DNA from: Candidatus Nitrosopumilus koreensis AR1 | GTDB lineage: Archaea; Thermoproteota; Nitrososphaeria; Nitrososphaerales; Nitrosopumilaceae | Direction of reading: 5' to 3' | DNA: 32,000 bases | NCBI RefSeq assembly: GCF_000299365.1 | Contig: NC_018655.1 | Location: 1,080,001 to 1,112,000 of the forward strand | Shown here: in pieces, positions 8,279 through 18,324 of the stretch | How positions within the stretch are numbered: position 1 is the first letter of the stretch | Layout: every line of letters starts with the position of its first letter | Notes under the pieces: model-generated | The model's database searches: none | Seen by the model: the letters and a program-made list of their open reading frames with translations, nothing else | What the model was told of the DNA's origin: nothing | Translations under genes and position numbers: made by a program

Positions 8279-9442
8279 ATGGAGACAAAAAACATAGGTT
8301 TGAGAGGAATAGAGGTTGCAGATACAAGAATTTCAAACATTGATGGTGAAAAAGGCAAGTTAATTTACAGAGGATTTGATATTTTAGATCTTACAAAAAA
8401 TTCAACATTTGAGGAAACAGCGTATTTACTGCTGTATGACAACCTACCAACAAAAGCTCAACTAGACGAATTTAATTCAAAACTTGTTGAGGCAAGGTAC
8501 ATTCCAAAACAGATGCAAAAAAACATGGGAAATTGGAGAAAAGATGCCGATCCTATGGACATGCTTCAGGCATTTGTTTCAGCACTTGCAGGATATTATG
8601 ATGAAGAGTTTTCAAATAAAGAAGCAAGTTATGAAAAGGCAATCAATCTAATTGCCAAGGTACCTACAATAATCGCAAGTTGGCAGAGGATTAGAAACGG
8701 ATTACCAATTGTAGACCCTGATTCATCTCTAAGCCATGCAGCAAATTTCCTGTATATGATGTCAGGAGAAAAACCAGATCCTGAAGTAGAGAAGATTTTT
8801 GATGTATGTTTAATTTTGCATGCAGACCACACATTCAATGCATCAACATTTACAGCTAGACAGGTTGCATCAACAAGGGCTCACATGTATTCAGCAGCCA
8901 GTGCCGCAATAGGAGCATTAAGTGGAGAATTACACGGAGGAGCTAACACAGAAGTCATGAAGATGTTATTGGAAATTCAAGAAATTGAAAAAGTTGAGCC
9001 TTGGATTAAAGAAAAAATGAGAGCAGGTGAAAGAATCATGGGAATGGGTCATGCAGTGTATAGAACATATGATCCTAGAGCACAAGTACTAAAAGAATTA
9101 TCAAGAAAACTTGCTGAAAAAACTAAAGAGCCATGGTTTGACATGACAGAAAAAATTGAAACAACAACTATTTCTGAAATGAAATTACAAAAAGGAAAAG
9201 ATATCTATCCAAATGTGGATTTGTATAGTGCATCAATTTACTATATGCTAAAAATTCCAGTTGATTTGAATACACCGATTTTTGCAATATCCAGAGTTGT
9301 CGGATGGGCAGCCCATATTATAGAAGAAAAGTTTGCAGAAGCTGCACCAAAACCAGCACTATACAGACCAAAAGCAACGTATGTTGGAAAATATTGCGGT
9401 CCAGAGGGTTGTGAATACAAAACACTAGACTTGAGAAAATAA
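8279..9442 (+). CDS. gltA: citrate synthase
   Basis: 387 aa. The citrate synthase signature GMGHAVYRTYDPRA is present, along with LHADHTFNAST and the general family pattern. Confidence 0.95.
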   Translation: METKNIGLRGIEVADTRISNIDGEKGKLIYRGFDILDLTKNSTFEETAYLLLYDNLPTKAQLDEFNSKLVEARYIPKQMQKNMGNWRKDADPMDMLQAFVSALAGYYDEEFSNKEASYEKAINLIAKVPTIIASWQRIRNGLPIVDPDSSLSHAANFLYMMSGEKPDPEVEKIFDVCLILHADHTFNASTFTARQVASTRAHMYSAASAAIGALSGELHGGANTEVMKMLLEIQEIEKVEPWIKEKMRAGERIMGMGHAVYRTYDPRAQVLKELSRKLAEKTKEPWFDMTEKIETTTISEMKLQKGKDIYPNVDLYSASIYYMLKIPVDLNTPIFAISRVVGWAAHIIEEKFAEAAPKPALYRPKATYVGKYCGPEGCEYKTLDLRK

Positions 9443-9444
9443 TT

Positions 9445-9705
9445 TTAGTTTCTTGTACTAAGCCAATCTTTAGCTTTAGAATTTACATCATGTTTGTACA
9501 ACACTTCAAAAACCATATCATAAAATGTGATTCCTTTTTTTTGTGCCTGTTCATCAAGCCACTTTATTCCATCTGCTAATTCAGGATCATATTCAGAAAA
9601 TTCTACTAATTCATCGACCATTTTTGAAAAGAAGGCGTGAGATTCAAGCATAACTACACCTTTCAATCTTTGATCATAAGTGGGGGATTCAAAATATATT
9701 GACAA
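9445..9705 (-). CDS. hypothetical protein (86 aa)
   Basis: Clean ORF with an ATG start, convergent with citrate synthase. I recognise no motif. Confidence 0.5.
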   Translation of the reverse strand: MSIYFESPTYDQRLKGVVMLESHAFFSKMVDELVEFSEYDPELADGIKWLDEQAQKKGITFYDMVFEVLYKHDVNSKAKDWLSTRN

Positions 9706-9727
9706 AGAACCACTTTTTGGATGACAA

Positions 9728-10075
9728 TTGAACCATATTTTTTATTTTGATGGAAATAGCGAAAAAATTTCATGGACTGTAGAAACTAGTGATTCTGTTG
9801 TTAAACAAGATAGAGAACATGTTCAAATGTACAAAAACAAAGTGACAGATTTACAATCAAAATACATTGCATTTCATGTGGGTTTGTTTTGGGCAATTGG
9901 AACATTCATCATAAAAAATGAAGACAGTATCAAAGTAAAATGTAACGAAAAAATATTGATTGATCATTTTGAATCTAATCAAGAACCAGATGATAATTTT
10001 ATCAAAAAGAGAATGCAATTCATAAAACAATTAATTTCGCAAAGAAAATTAAAAATAAAATTTGAATTAATGTAA
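9728..10075 (+). CDS. hypothetical protein (115 aa), possibly a degenerate RNase H-like fold
   Basis: The ORF has a TTG start. The order of segments IFYFDGNS ... SKYIAFHVGLFWAI ... IKVKCNEKILIDHF resembles small archaeal RNase HI, but the acidic catalytic residues are mostly replaced. Confidence 0.45.
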   Translation: MNHIFYFDGNSEKISWTVETSDSVVKQDREHVQMYKNKVTDLQSKYIAFHVGLFWAIGTFIIKNEDSIKVKCNEKILIDHFESNQEPDDNFIKKRMQFIKQLISQRKLKIKFELM

Positions 10076-10337
10076 TCAGAAAAAATGCAAAAGAGCTTAA
10101 GACCAAAAACGAGTAGTTACTTGGTGACAGCTCAATTGCGTTGTATGATGTTATTACATTATAGAATCATAAAAGAAATAATTGTTCAACTTCATTGACA
10201 ATAGTCAATGTTGCATTAGAGCGATCATGTGGAATTTTCAATGAATTTTCAGAAAATTTGAAAAAATTTGAACAAAAATCAAATATCAAATTTTGAAAAC
10301 GGAAAATAAAAAATATTTCAGTAATAATGAAGACTAG

Positions 10338-10346
10338 ATTTATTTA
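10338..10346 (+). promoter_or_regulatory. TATA-box-like element upstream of the cupredoxin gene
   Basis: The element atttattta is centred about 30 nt upstream of the ATG at 10372. This spacing fits an archaeal promoter giving a leaderless or short-leader mRNA. Confidence 0.35.
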
Positions 10347-10371
10347 GTATACATCGAATTTGAGATCAATT

Positions 10372-11004
10372 ATGGCAGGTATAGACAAAGCTGCAATTGG
10401 ATGGTCAATTGCGATTGTAGTCATAGGAGTAGCTATAGCATTTGCAGGTCAATCAGGTCAAGATCTAAGCATTGCAGTAAATACACCTACGATTGTAAAA
10501 GACACAGCATCTGAAATGACATCAGCAACAAAAGAAGTTGTTGATCCATTTGCAGATATTGCAGCTAAAGTAAAAGAAAATCCTAAAGAAGTGATGAAAG
10601 AAGCTGAAAAAGCAACCTCAGACATAGCTAAAGAAGCTGAAGAAGTTGTTGAAGACATAGGTGAAACTATCAAAGAAGAGACTGAAAAACACGCACCAGG
10701 TCCAGAAACTCACACAGTTAACATTCCAGCAGGAACTTCAGTTCCAGGATGTGAAGAAACTAACGCATGTTACTTACCAGCAGACATCATAATATTTGCT
10801 GGAGACACAGTAGAATGGGTTAATGGAGACACAGCAGCACACACAGTTACTGGCGGAAGTCCAGCAGATGGACCATCTGGTGTCTTTGACAGCAGTCTAG
10901 TAATGGGTTCAGCATCTTATTCATTCACATTCAATGATGCAGGAAGTTATGATTACTTCTGTATGGTACATCCATGGATGGTTGGAAACGTTCAAGTGAA
11001 CTAA
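10372..11004 (+). CDS. membrane-anchored blue copper protein (plastocyanin/halocyanin-like cupredoxin)
   Basis: It has an N-terminal TM helix (AAIGWSIAIVVIGVAIAFAG) and an acidic Lys/Glu linker. The C-terminal cupredoxin domain carries the ligand pattern AAHTV ... FCMVHPWMVG (His, Cys, His, Met). The ORF track starts at a TTG at 10360, but the ATG at 10372 fits the TATA spacing better. Confidence 0.85.
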   Translation: MAGIDKAAIGWSIAIVVIGVAIAFAGQSGQDLSIAVNTPTIVKDTASEMTSATKEVVDPFADIAAKVKENPKEVMKEAEKATSDIAKEAEEVVEDIGETIKEETEKHAPGPETHTVNIPAGTSVPGCEETNACYLPADIIIFAGDTVEWVNGDTAAHTVTGGSPADGPSGVFDSSLVMGSASYSFTFNDAGSYDYFCMVHPWMVGNVQVN

Positions 11005-11023
11005 CCAAAATTTTCCTTTTTTC

Positions 11024-12610
11024 TTATTTTATCTGATTTTTTCTTATAGTTCTGTTATATGCCACACCAAATCTATGAGTCTCATCTCTAACATGTTGTA
11101 AAATTTTCAAAGAAGGTTTATTTTTTGCAATAATAACAGGTTTTTTGTTTTTTGGAACATAAACTTCTTCATTTTCTTTTGCCAAAGAGATGCAAGGAAG
11201 TTTCAGACCAAGTGACTGTAAAGACTTTGTAGCAGCACTAAGTTGTCCTTTACCACCATCAATTACCACCAAATCAGGTAATTCAGAATTTTCTTCTAAT
11301 AATCTATAATATCTTCTTTTAATGACTTCGCCAATCATGGCAAAATCATCTCTACCAGATACTGTTTTAATTTTGAATTTTCTATATCCTGATTTGTGTG
11401 GTTTACCTCCAACAAACCTAGCCATTGATCCTACAGCAAAGTCTTCACCATGATTTGAAATGTCAAAACATTCAATGATGTTTGGTGTTTCAGGAAGATT
11501 GAGAATTTCTTTTAGTTCAGCTAGTCCAGGTTCACCTCCTTTTGAATGGATAAGTTTGATATTTTTTAGAATCAGATTCATGATATCTTTTTTCTTACCT
11601 TTGTTAGGAGTGGAAATTTTTACAGAAAACCCAGCTTGCTCCGAAAGTAAAGATTCTAAAAGTTTTTGATTTTCAGGAAGTTCACTAACAATAATGAATT
11701 TTGGGATTTTATGTGTAGAATAGTATTGATAAAGAAAATTTGAAAAAGAATTATCACCAACTAAATCAAAAAAGAATTTGTCGCTATCTCGAATCACACC
11801 ATTGATCATTCTAAAATTCATTACAGTGGCAGATTGTTCTTGAATCCCTATACCAAAATATTCTTCATCAGAATTTTCAACATACTCCATTTTTTGTTTT
11901 GTTTGGAGACTACCTAGTCGAATCAAGGTGTCACGGATGTCTTTTGCACGCTCAAATTGTTGCAGATCAGCTGCCTGATGCATCTCTTCTTCTAATTTTT
12001 TGGTAAAAATTTTGGTTTGATTTTTTCCTTTAAGCACTTCTTCCAAGGCAGCAACATGTTTTGAGTATCGGTCTTGAGCAGCCTTAAATTCACATGGGCC
12101 TTCACAGTTTCCCAAGTGATATTCAAGGCAGACTTTTTTTGGCAGAGTTTTACAAATTCTAATTTGAAATGCCTTACGTAATGCACCTATTGTAAGTAAT
12201 TTAGAACTACCCTGAGTAAACGGGCCAAAAGTTTTTCCCTTGCCCAAGAATTTTCCATCCCTAGTACGTCTTGCAACCAACAACCTAGGGTATTTTTCAT
12301 CAGAAATTCTAAGGTAGGTGTATCGTTGTTGATCTTTTAATTCAATATTAAATCTTGGACGATACTTTTTGATCATATTTGATTCTAAAAGAAATGCTTC
12401 ACTTTCATTATCAGTCAGAACAAATTCAATATCAGAAATATTTTGAACTAGTTTTTGTGTTTTGTAGTTTTGATTTTTTAAAAAATATGACTTTACACGC
12501 TTTTTGAGATTTTTTGCTTTTCCAATGTAAATTATTTTTCCATCAGAATCTTTCATCAAATAGATGCCAGGATCAGTAGGAATTGTAATCTTAGAAATAT
12601 CAAAAGTCAT
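11024..12610 (-). CDS. uvrC: excinuclease ABC subunit C (no C-terminal (HhH)2 domain)
   Basis: It has a GIY-YIG domain (GIYLMKDSDGKIIYIGKAKNLKKRVKSYF) and a UVR domain (AADLQQFERAKDIRDTLIRL). The endonuclease domain ends at RDETHRFGVAYNR. The ATG overlaps the uvrA stop by 4 nt. Confidence 0.95.
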   Translation of the reverse strand: MTFDISKITIPTDPGIYLMKDSDGKIIYIGKAKNLKKRVKSYFLKNQNYKTQKLVQNISDIEFVLTDNESEAFLLESNMIKKYRPRFNIELKDQQRYTYLRISDEKYPRLLVARRTRDGKFLGKGKTFGPFTQGSSKLLTIGALRKAFQIRICKTLPKKVCLEYHLGNCEGPCEFKAAQDRYSKHVAALEEVLKGKNQTKIFTKKLEEEMHQAADLQQFERAKDIRDTLIRLGSLQTKQKMEYVENSDEEYFGIGIQEQSATVMNFRMINGVIRDSDKFFFDLVGDNSFSNFLYQYYSTHKIPKFIIVSELPENQKLLESLLSEQAGFSVKISTPNKGKKKDIMNLILKNIKLIHSKGGEPGLAELKEILNLPETPNIIECFDISNHGEDFAVGSMARFVGGKPHKSGYRKFKIKTVSGRDDFAMIGEVIKRRYYRLLEENSELPDLVVIDGGKGQLSAATKSLQSLGLKLPCISLAKENEEVYVPKNKKPVIIAKNKPSLKILQHVRDETHRFGVAYNRTIRKNQIK

Positions 12611-14892
12611 TTTTTCACTAGTTTTTTGAGATATTTTCCAGTATAACTTCCAGGAGCTTTTGCAATGTCTTTTGGAGTACCAGTAGCAACTATTCTGCCG
12701 CCTTCATCTCCACCTTCAGGACCTAAGTCAATTATCCAATCTGAATTTTTGATGACATCCATATTGTGTTCAATTACTACAACAGTGTTTCCAAGATTTA
12801 CCAATCGATTAAGAACATCCAGTAATTTTTGTACATCTGCAAAGTGAAGTCCAGTTGTAGGCTCATCTAGAATATACATTGTCTTTCCAGTGCCTCGTTT
12901 TGATAATTCTGAGGCTAATTTTACTCTTTGAGCCTCACCTCCAGACAGAGTGGTAGAGGATTGTCCAAGCTTAATGTATCCCAATCCGACATCAAAAATT
13001 GTTTGTAATTTTCGTTTGATAGCAGGAACATTTTCAAAAAAGTTCAGAGCCTCATATACAGTCATATCCAAAACATCAGAAATATTTTTTCCTTTGTATA
13101 GAACAGATAAAGTTTCAGAATTGTAACGTTTTCCTTTACATTCATCACACTTTACATAAACATCAGAAAGAAATTGCATCTCAATTTGTTTTACTCCATC
13201 ACCATCACATGCAAAACATCTTCCATCTGCAACGTTAAATGAGAATTGTCCAGGTGCGTATCCACGTTCTTTTGATAATTCAGTATTTGCATATAATTCT
13301 CTAATAGGTGTAAATGCACCAATGTATGTTGCAGGATTTGAACGAGGGGTTCGTCCAATTGGAGATTGATCAATTGCAATAACTTTATCGATATTTTCCA
13401 AACCAACAATCTTTTTGTGATTTCCAGGCTTTACATTAGATTTGTAAAAATGGTTTTCTAATGCCTTGAGCAAAATATCATTAATTAAAGTGGATTTTCC
13501 AGAACCTGAAACTCCAGTTACAGATACAAAAAGACCCAAAGGAATCTCAACATCAATGTCTTTAAGATTATTTTCAGATGCTTTTTGCACGACAAGAGAG
13601 CCAGAATTATTTCGAATTTTGTCTTGCAATGTAATTAACGAATTGTCTTTAAGATAATCACCAGTCACAGATTTGTGGCCATCAAGTATTTGATTGACTG
13701 TTCCTTCAAAAACTACACTTCCACCATTTACTCCAGCCCCGGGACCCAAATCAACCATCCAATCTGAATTTCGTATAACTTCTTCGTCATGCTCCACTAC
13801 AATTACTGTATTTCCCAGATTTCGTAGCTTATTTAGCGTTTTAATTAGTCTTGCATTATCTCTTTGATGAAGACCAATAGTAGGTTCATCAAGAACATAC
13901 AAGACACCAGTAAGATTAGAACCAATTTGTGTGGCAAGTCTAATTCTTTGAGATTCACCGCCAGACAATGTTGAACTTAATCGATTCAGTGTAAGATAAT
14001 TCAAACCAACATTCATTAAAAATTCAAGTCGTTCTTTAATTTCTTTTAGAACATCTCTTGCAATGTATTGTTCATTTTCAGTTAACTTTAATGTAGAAAA
14101 GAAATCATAACAATGATCAATTGATAAATCACAAACATCCATAATTCCTTTATCATTAATTTTAACGGCAAGAGATTCAGGTTTGAGTTTTTTTCCATTA
14201 CAAGCATTACATGGAGTATCTCTCATGAATTGTTTTAACCATTCACGTTTTGATTCAGAATCAGTTTCCATAAAAACACGTTGAAGATTAGATAAAACTC
14301 CTTCAAAGGCATTGGTATATTGCCATGACGAGTCCCCGGATTTTGAACGATAGTTAAAGTCAATTAAATCATCGGTTCCATACAAAATAATTTGTAGGTG
14401 TTTTGATTTTATTTTATTCATAGGAGTCATCAAGTCAAAGCCAAACTTTTTTCCAACTGCTCTTAATGCTTGTCGCCTAAATGATGAAAATCTTCCACTC
14501 CAAGGAACAATTGCCCCATCCAAAATGGATTTTGTTTTATCTGGAATAACCAAGTCAGGATCAAATTCCATTTTAACACCAAGACCGTTACATTCTTTGC
14601 ACAAACCAAATGGTGAATTAAAAGAAAAATTTCGAGGTTCTAATTCACCTACAGTTAACCCACAGTAAGGACAAGCATTGTTTTGAGAGAAAATTTTTTC
14701 ATCCTTCTCAGATGCAATCATGACATCTCCTTTGGATGCCTTGATTGCAGTCTGTATAGCCTCAAATAATCTTGAGCGCTCTGATTTTTCAGTAGTAATT
14801 CTGTCTACTACAATCTCAATATTGTGCCATTTTTGCCTGTCAAGTGGAGGAATCTCCTCATCTAGGCTCAAAATATCACCATTTAGGCGCAT
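12607..14892 (-). CDS. uvrA: excinuclease ABC subunit A, C-terminal approx. 760 aa fragment (gene interrupted by frameshift)
   Basis: It has zinc-finger CxxC pairs, ABC signatures LSGGESQR and LSGGEAQR, Walker [10 protein letters not shown] and Walker B YVLDEPT / YILDEPT. The frame is open upstream of the listed Met and reads [24 protein letters not shown]. Confidence 0.9.
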   Translation of the reverse strand: MRLNGDILSLDEEIPPLDRQKWHNIEIVVDRITTEKSERSRLFEAIQTAIKASKGDVMIASEKDEKIFSQNNACPYCGLTVGELEPRNFSFNSPFGLCKECNGLGVKMEFDPDLVIPDKTKSILDGAIVPWSGRFSSFRRQALRAVGKKFGFDLMTPMNKIKSKHLQIILYGTDDLIDFNYRSKSGDSSWQYTNAFEGVLSNLQRVFMETDSESKREWLKQFMRDTPCNACNGKKLKPESLAVKINDKGIMDVCDLSIDHCYDFFSTLKLTENEQYIARDVLKEIKERLEFLMNVGLNYLTLNRLSSTLSGGESQRIRLATQIGSNLTGVLYVLDEPTIGLHQRDNARLIKTLNKLRNLGNTVIVVEHDEEVIRNSDWMVDLGPGAGVNGGSVVFEGTVNQILDGHKSVTGDYLKDNSLITLQDKIRNNSGSLVVQKASENNLKDIDVEIPLGLFVSVTGVSGSGKSTLINDILLKALENHFYKSNVKPGNHKKIVGLENIDKVIAIDQSPIGRTPRSNPATYIGAFTPIRELYANTELSKERGYAPGQFSFNVADGRCFACDGDGVKQIEMQFLSDVYVKCDECKGKRYNSETLSVLYKGKNISDVLDMTVYEALNFFENVPAIKRKLQTIFDVGLGYIKLGQSSTTLSGGEAQRVKLASELSKRGTGKTMYILDEPTTGLHFADVQKLLDVLNRLVNLGNTVVVIEHNMDVIKNSDWIIDLGPEGGDEGGRIVATGTPKDIAKAPGSYTGKYLKKLVKK

Positions 14893-15425
14893 TCTAGAAT
14901 ATCCATCCTTTTTGATTTGTTCAAATAATTTTTCATATGTTCCTTTTTCCTTTGAATAATAGGTGATAAAACTAGGATTTTTTTTCCGGAAAATTCTCTT
15001 AGAACAGAATCACAAATAGTCTCGACTGACTGTGTTGAGATTTTTCGTCCACAATTAGTACAATAGGGGATACCAATTCTTGCATAAAGCAACCTCATGT
15101 AATCGTAGATTTCAGTAGTAGTTCCTACAGTGGAACGGGGATTTTTGCTAGTAGTTTTTTGTTGTATTGAAATTGCAGGAGACAAACCTTCAATTGAATC
15201 GACATCAGGTTTATCCATCATTTCTAAAAATTGGCGAGCATATGCAGAAAGGGATTCAACATATCGTCGCTGGCCTTCAGCATAAATTGTATCAAATGCT
15301 AAAGTAGATTTTCCAGAACCAGACAATCCACTAATTACAACTAATTTGTTTTTGGGGATATCAATATCAATATTTTTCAGATTATGGTGACGCGCACCAC
15401 GAATTTTTAATTTATTTTCGGTCAT
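14883..15425 (-). CDS. uvrA: excinuclease ABC subunit A, N-terminal 180-aa fragment
   Basis: It reads [59 protein letters not shown]. The tail after ...LSPIIQRKK is out of frame. Confidence 0.9.
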   Translation of the reverse strand: MTENKLKIRGARHHNLKNIDIDIPKNKLVVISGLSGSGKSTLAFDTIYAEGQRRYVESLSAYARQFLEMMDKPDVDSIEGLSPAISIQQKTTSKNPRSTVGTTTEIYDYMRLLYARIGIPYCTNCGRKISTQSVETICDSVLREFSGKKILVLSPIIQRKKEHMKNYLNKSKRMDILECA

Positions 15426-16644
15426 TTTTTAGTTGAATCTCCTTTTCCAGTCTTTTTATTCTATCCCTACACTCAATTGCACGTTCAAAGTCCAATTCTT
15501 CAGAATATTTTTTCATCTGAGATTCCAAATCAATAATATCAGCTGCAATATCATGTGTTGATTTTAATTTTGAATCATCTAGTGTTGTTACCTGTTCTGG
15601 AACAGATTTGATGATTGTCTTTGGGGTAATGTTATGATCTTTGTTGTATTTGATTTGTTTTTCTCGACGACGTTTGGTTTCATCCATTGCATTTTTCATA
15701 GAGTTAGTAATATTATCAGCATACATGATTACATTTCCATTTTCATTTCTTGCAGCTCTACCAAATGTTTGAATCAAACTGGTAAAATTTCTAAGAAAGC
15801 CTTCCTTATCAGCATCCAAAATGGCAACTAGTGATACTTCAGGTATATCCAACCCTTCCCTAAGCAAGTTTATTCCAACTAGAACATCAAATTCTCCAAG
15901 ACGCAATTGTCGTATTAACTCTGTTCTCTGCAACCCTTCGATTTCAGAGTGCATGTATCGCACTCGTACTTGTTTTTTAGATAGATATTCAGCCAAATCT
16001 TCGGCCATCCTTTTAGTCAGAGTGGTGACCAAAACACGCTCAGAGTTTGCTACTTTTTTGTTGATTTCTTGTATTAGGTCATCCATTTGGTTTTTTGTAG
16101 GCCTAATTTCGACTTTAGGGTCTAACAATCCAGTAGGTCTGACAAGTTGTTCTGCAATTTGCGTAGAAATTTTCTTCTCATAGTCGGCAGGAGTTGCTGA
16201 AACAAATATGGTGTTTTGAATATACTTTTCAAATTCTTCAAATTTCAATGGACGGTTATCATATGCACTGGGTAGTCTGAATCCATAAGTAACTAATTCT
16301 TTTTTACGAGAATGATCACCTTTGTACATTCCATGTAATTGTGGTAATGTAACATGAGATTCATCAATTACCAGCAAATAATCATCTCCAAAAAAATCCA
16401 TCAAACAAAATGCTTTTTCTCCAGGTTTACGTCCATCAAAATGTCGAGAATAGTTTTCAATTCCAGAGCAATATCCTAATTCCTCAATCATTTCCAAATC
16501 ATATTTTGTTCTCATTTCAAGTCTTTGTTTTTCTAATTCGTTTAATTCAGGTAGACGTTTTTTTAGTTCATCTTTAATTGATTGTACTGCCTTTTTTCTA
16601 ACATCTTTTGCAATAAGATAGTGTTTTGCAGGAAAAATCTTCAT
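15412..16644 (-). CDS. uvrB: excinuclease ABC subunit B, C-terminal 410-aa fragment (gene interrupted by frameshift)
   Basis: It has helicase motifs ([49 protein letters not shown]) and a C-terminal UVR domain ([18 protein letters not shown]). Confidence 0.9.
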   Translation of the reverse strand: MKIFPAKHYLIAKDVRKKAVQSIKDELKKRLPELNELEKQRLEMRTKYDLEMIEELGYCSGIENYSRHFDGRKPGEKAFCLMDFFGDDYLLVIDESHVTLPQLHGMYKGDHSRKKELVTYGFRLPSAYDNRPLKFEEFEKYIQNTIFVSATPADYEKKISTQIAEQLVRPTGLLDPKVEIRPTKNQMDDLIQEINKKVANSERVLVTTLTKRMAEDLAEYLSKKQVRVRYMHSEIEGLQRTELIRQLRLGEFDVLVGINLLREGLDIPEVSLVAILDADKEGFLRNFTSLIQTFGRAARNENGNVIMYADNITNSMKNAMDETKRRREKQIKYNKDHNITPKTIIKSVPEQVTTLDDSKLKSTHDIAADIIDLESQMKKYSEELDFERAIECRDRIKRLEKEIQLKNDRK

Positions 16645-17372
16645 TTGATTAATTTTCTTTTTTCTTTTAATGAAACATGATCAAGTATAGAGATCTTTTC
16701 AACTTCATCACCAAACATAGAAATTCGAATAAGATCTTCAGAATATGCAGGAGTAATGTCAATAGTGTCACCTTTTACCCTAAAATTTCCAGGGGCCACT
16801 TCAGTATCATTTCTTTCATATCTAGCATCAATTAATTGTCTAATGAGTTCATTTCGTTTAATCTCATCACCAGAATTAACAGTGATTGCTAAGTCTTCCC
16901 AATCTTGTGGATTTCCAAGAGAGTAGATACACGAAACAGTTGAGACGATTATTGTAGGCTCACCTGAAAGCAACATCGCAGTTGCCTCCAACCTTAGTTT
17001 TTCAATTTTTTCATTAATTTGAGTATCTTTTTCAATATAGGTATCAGTTTGAGGAAGATAACTTTCAGGTTGATAATAGTCATAATATGAAACAAAATAT
17101 CCAACATTGTTTTTTGGGAAGAATTGTTTTAGTTCTGAATACAGTTGGGCAGCAAGAGTTTTGTTATGAGATATGACTAGAGTATTTTTGCCTGTTCTTG
17201 CAATAACATTTGCAACAGAAAATGTCTTACCACTACCAGTAACTCCCAATAATGTCTGAACAGTCTTGTTTTTAACACCTTGAACTAATTGGTCAATTGC
17301 CTGAGGCTGATCACCTGTAGGTACATACTCAGATGCTAATTCAAATTGAGTTGTTTGTTCCAACATGTACAA
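16641..17372 (-). CDS. uvrB: excinuclease ABC subunit B, N-terminal 243-aa fragment
   Basis: It reads [17 protein letters not shown]...[17 protein letters not shown]...[14 protein letters not shown]. This fragment ends with an out-of-frame tail (KEKRKLIK). Confidence 0.9.
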   Translation of the reverse strand: MYMLEQTTQFELASEYVPTGDQPQAIDQLVQGVKNKTVQTLLGVTGSGKTFSVANVIARTGKNTLVISHNKTLAAQLYSELKQFFPKNNVGYFVSYYDYYQPESYLPQTDTYIEKDTQINEKIEKLRLEATAMLLSGEPTIIVSTVSCIYSLGNPQDWEDLAITVNSGDEIKRNELIRQLIDARYERNDTEVAPGNFRVKGDTIDITPAYSEDLIRISMFGDEVEKISILDHVSLKEKRKLIK

Positions 17373-17412
17373 TCCCTGAAAACTGAATTTAAAGCAATGG
17401 TGATATCAAAAA

Positions 17413-18045
17413 CTACCAAACAGGTTCATCGACCATTTTTAGACCATCGGGTGTTTCTTCAAAACCCATTATCTTTAGAGTTTGTTTAGATGAAGGAGAG
17501 TTTCTTTCTAGGATTTTTTTGGCCAAAATCAATCTAGAATCAGACCTTAAATGTTGTCCAATTTTGTATTTTCCTTTAATTGACTCTGGAATTATTTTGA
17601 TTACTGCTACCTCATCTAAAACTAAATCATTGTTCTTTATTGGAATGTAATTGCCTTCAGGCTGATATTTTTCCATTAATCCATTGAGTCCAAGAGCCTT
17701 TTCATCATCATCTTCAACAAAAACTGCTTTTCCCTTGATTACTACACTAATGTACAAAGTATCAGCTTGAGACGCATCAGTAGGGTGTGAAAAATATGAC
17801 GGTAAAAATTCCAGTTCCCTATCTACTTCGAATCCGACTTTTTGATTTCGTGAAATATTATCTAATTTTTCTCCTCTAGTATACGAATGCATGTAAATTG
17901 AGTCATTAACAAATGCAAAATTCATAGGAATTATTTGAGGATAGCCGTTCTCATCAATGCTTGCTATACGACCAACATGTTCTTCAGAAAGAAATTCCTT
18001 TATTTTTTCATAAGACTTTATCTCAAGACGGCCCACTAGTTTCAA
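17413..18045 (-). CDS. pyridoxamine 5'-phosphate oxidase family (FMN-binding split-barrel) protein
   Basis: 210 aa with a TTG start. The pattern HVGRIASIDENGYPQIIPMNFAFVNDSIYMHS ... VVIKGKAVFVED is typical of Pyridox_ox_2-type proteins. Confidence 0.75.
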   Translation of the reverse strand: MKLVGRLEIKSYEKIKEFLSEEHVGRIASIDENGYPQIIPMNFAFVNDSIYMHSYTRGEKLDNISRNQKVGFEVDRELEFLPSYFSHPTDASQADTLYISVVIKGKAVFVEDDDEKALGLNGLMEKYQPEGNYIPIKNNDLVLDEVAVIKIIPESIKGKYKIGQHLRSDSRLILAKKILERNSPSSKQTLKIMGFEETPDGLKMVDEPVW

Positions 18046-18105
18046 ATCAGTTGTGATTTGAAAATTGATCTAATAAACTAAATGTAACAAAGTACACCAA
18101 AAACT

Positions 18106-18324
18106 ATGCGTGACCCATACCTTGATGAATTAAAAAGTGATTTTGCAAATTACACAAACAATTTAAAAAAATTAAAAAAGAAATTACTAAAAACAGATTC
18201 CCCACAAGAACAAGAAAAAATCATCAGACAGATAGACAATATTGCAAAACAAATGGAAAATAATCAAAAACAGTCTACAAAGGTTACAAAATCAAGAATA
18301 AGAGAAAGACGGACAAAAAAATAA
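18106..18324 (+). CDS. hypothetical Lys-rich small protein (72 aa)
   Basis: The ORF has an ATG start and a highly basic, coiled-coil-like composition. I recognise no motif. Confidence 0.4.
   Translation: MRDPYLDELKSDFANYTNNLKKLKKKLLKTDSPQEQEKIIRQIDNIAKQMENNQKQSTKVTKSRIRERRTKK

Noticed and set aside
10076-10359. I searched the long intergenic region for a C/D-box sRNA or other ncRNA.
   Set aside because: There is no properly spaced C (RUGAUGA) and D (CUGA) box pair, and no convincing stable secondary structure beyond the short palindrome.
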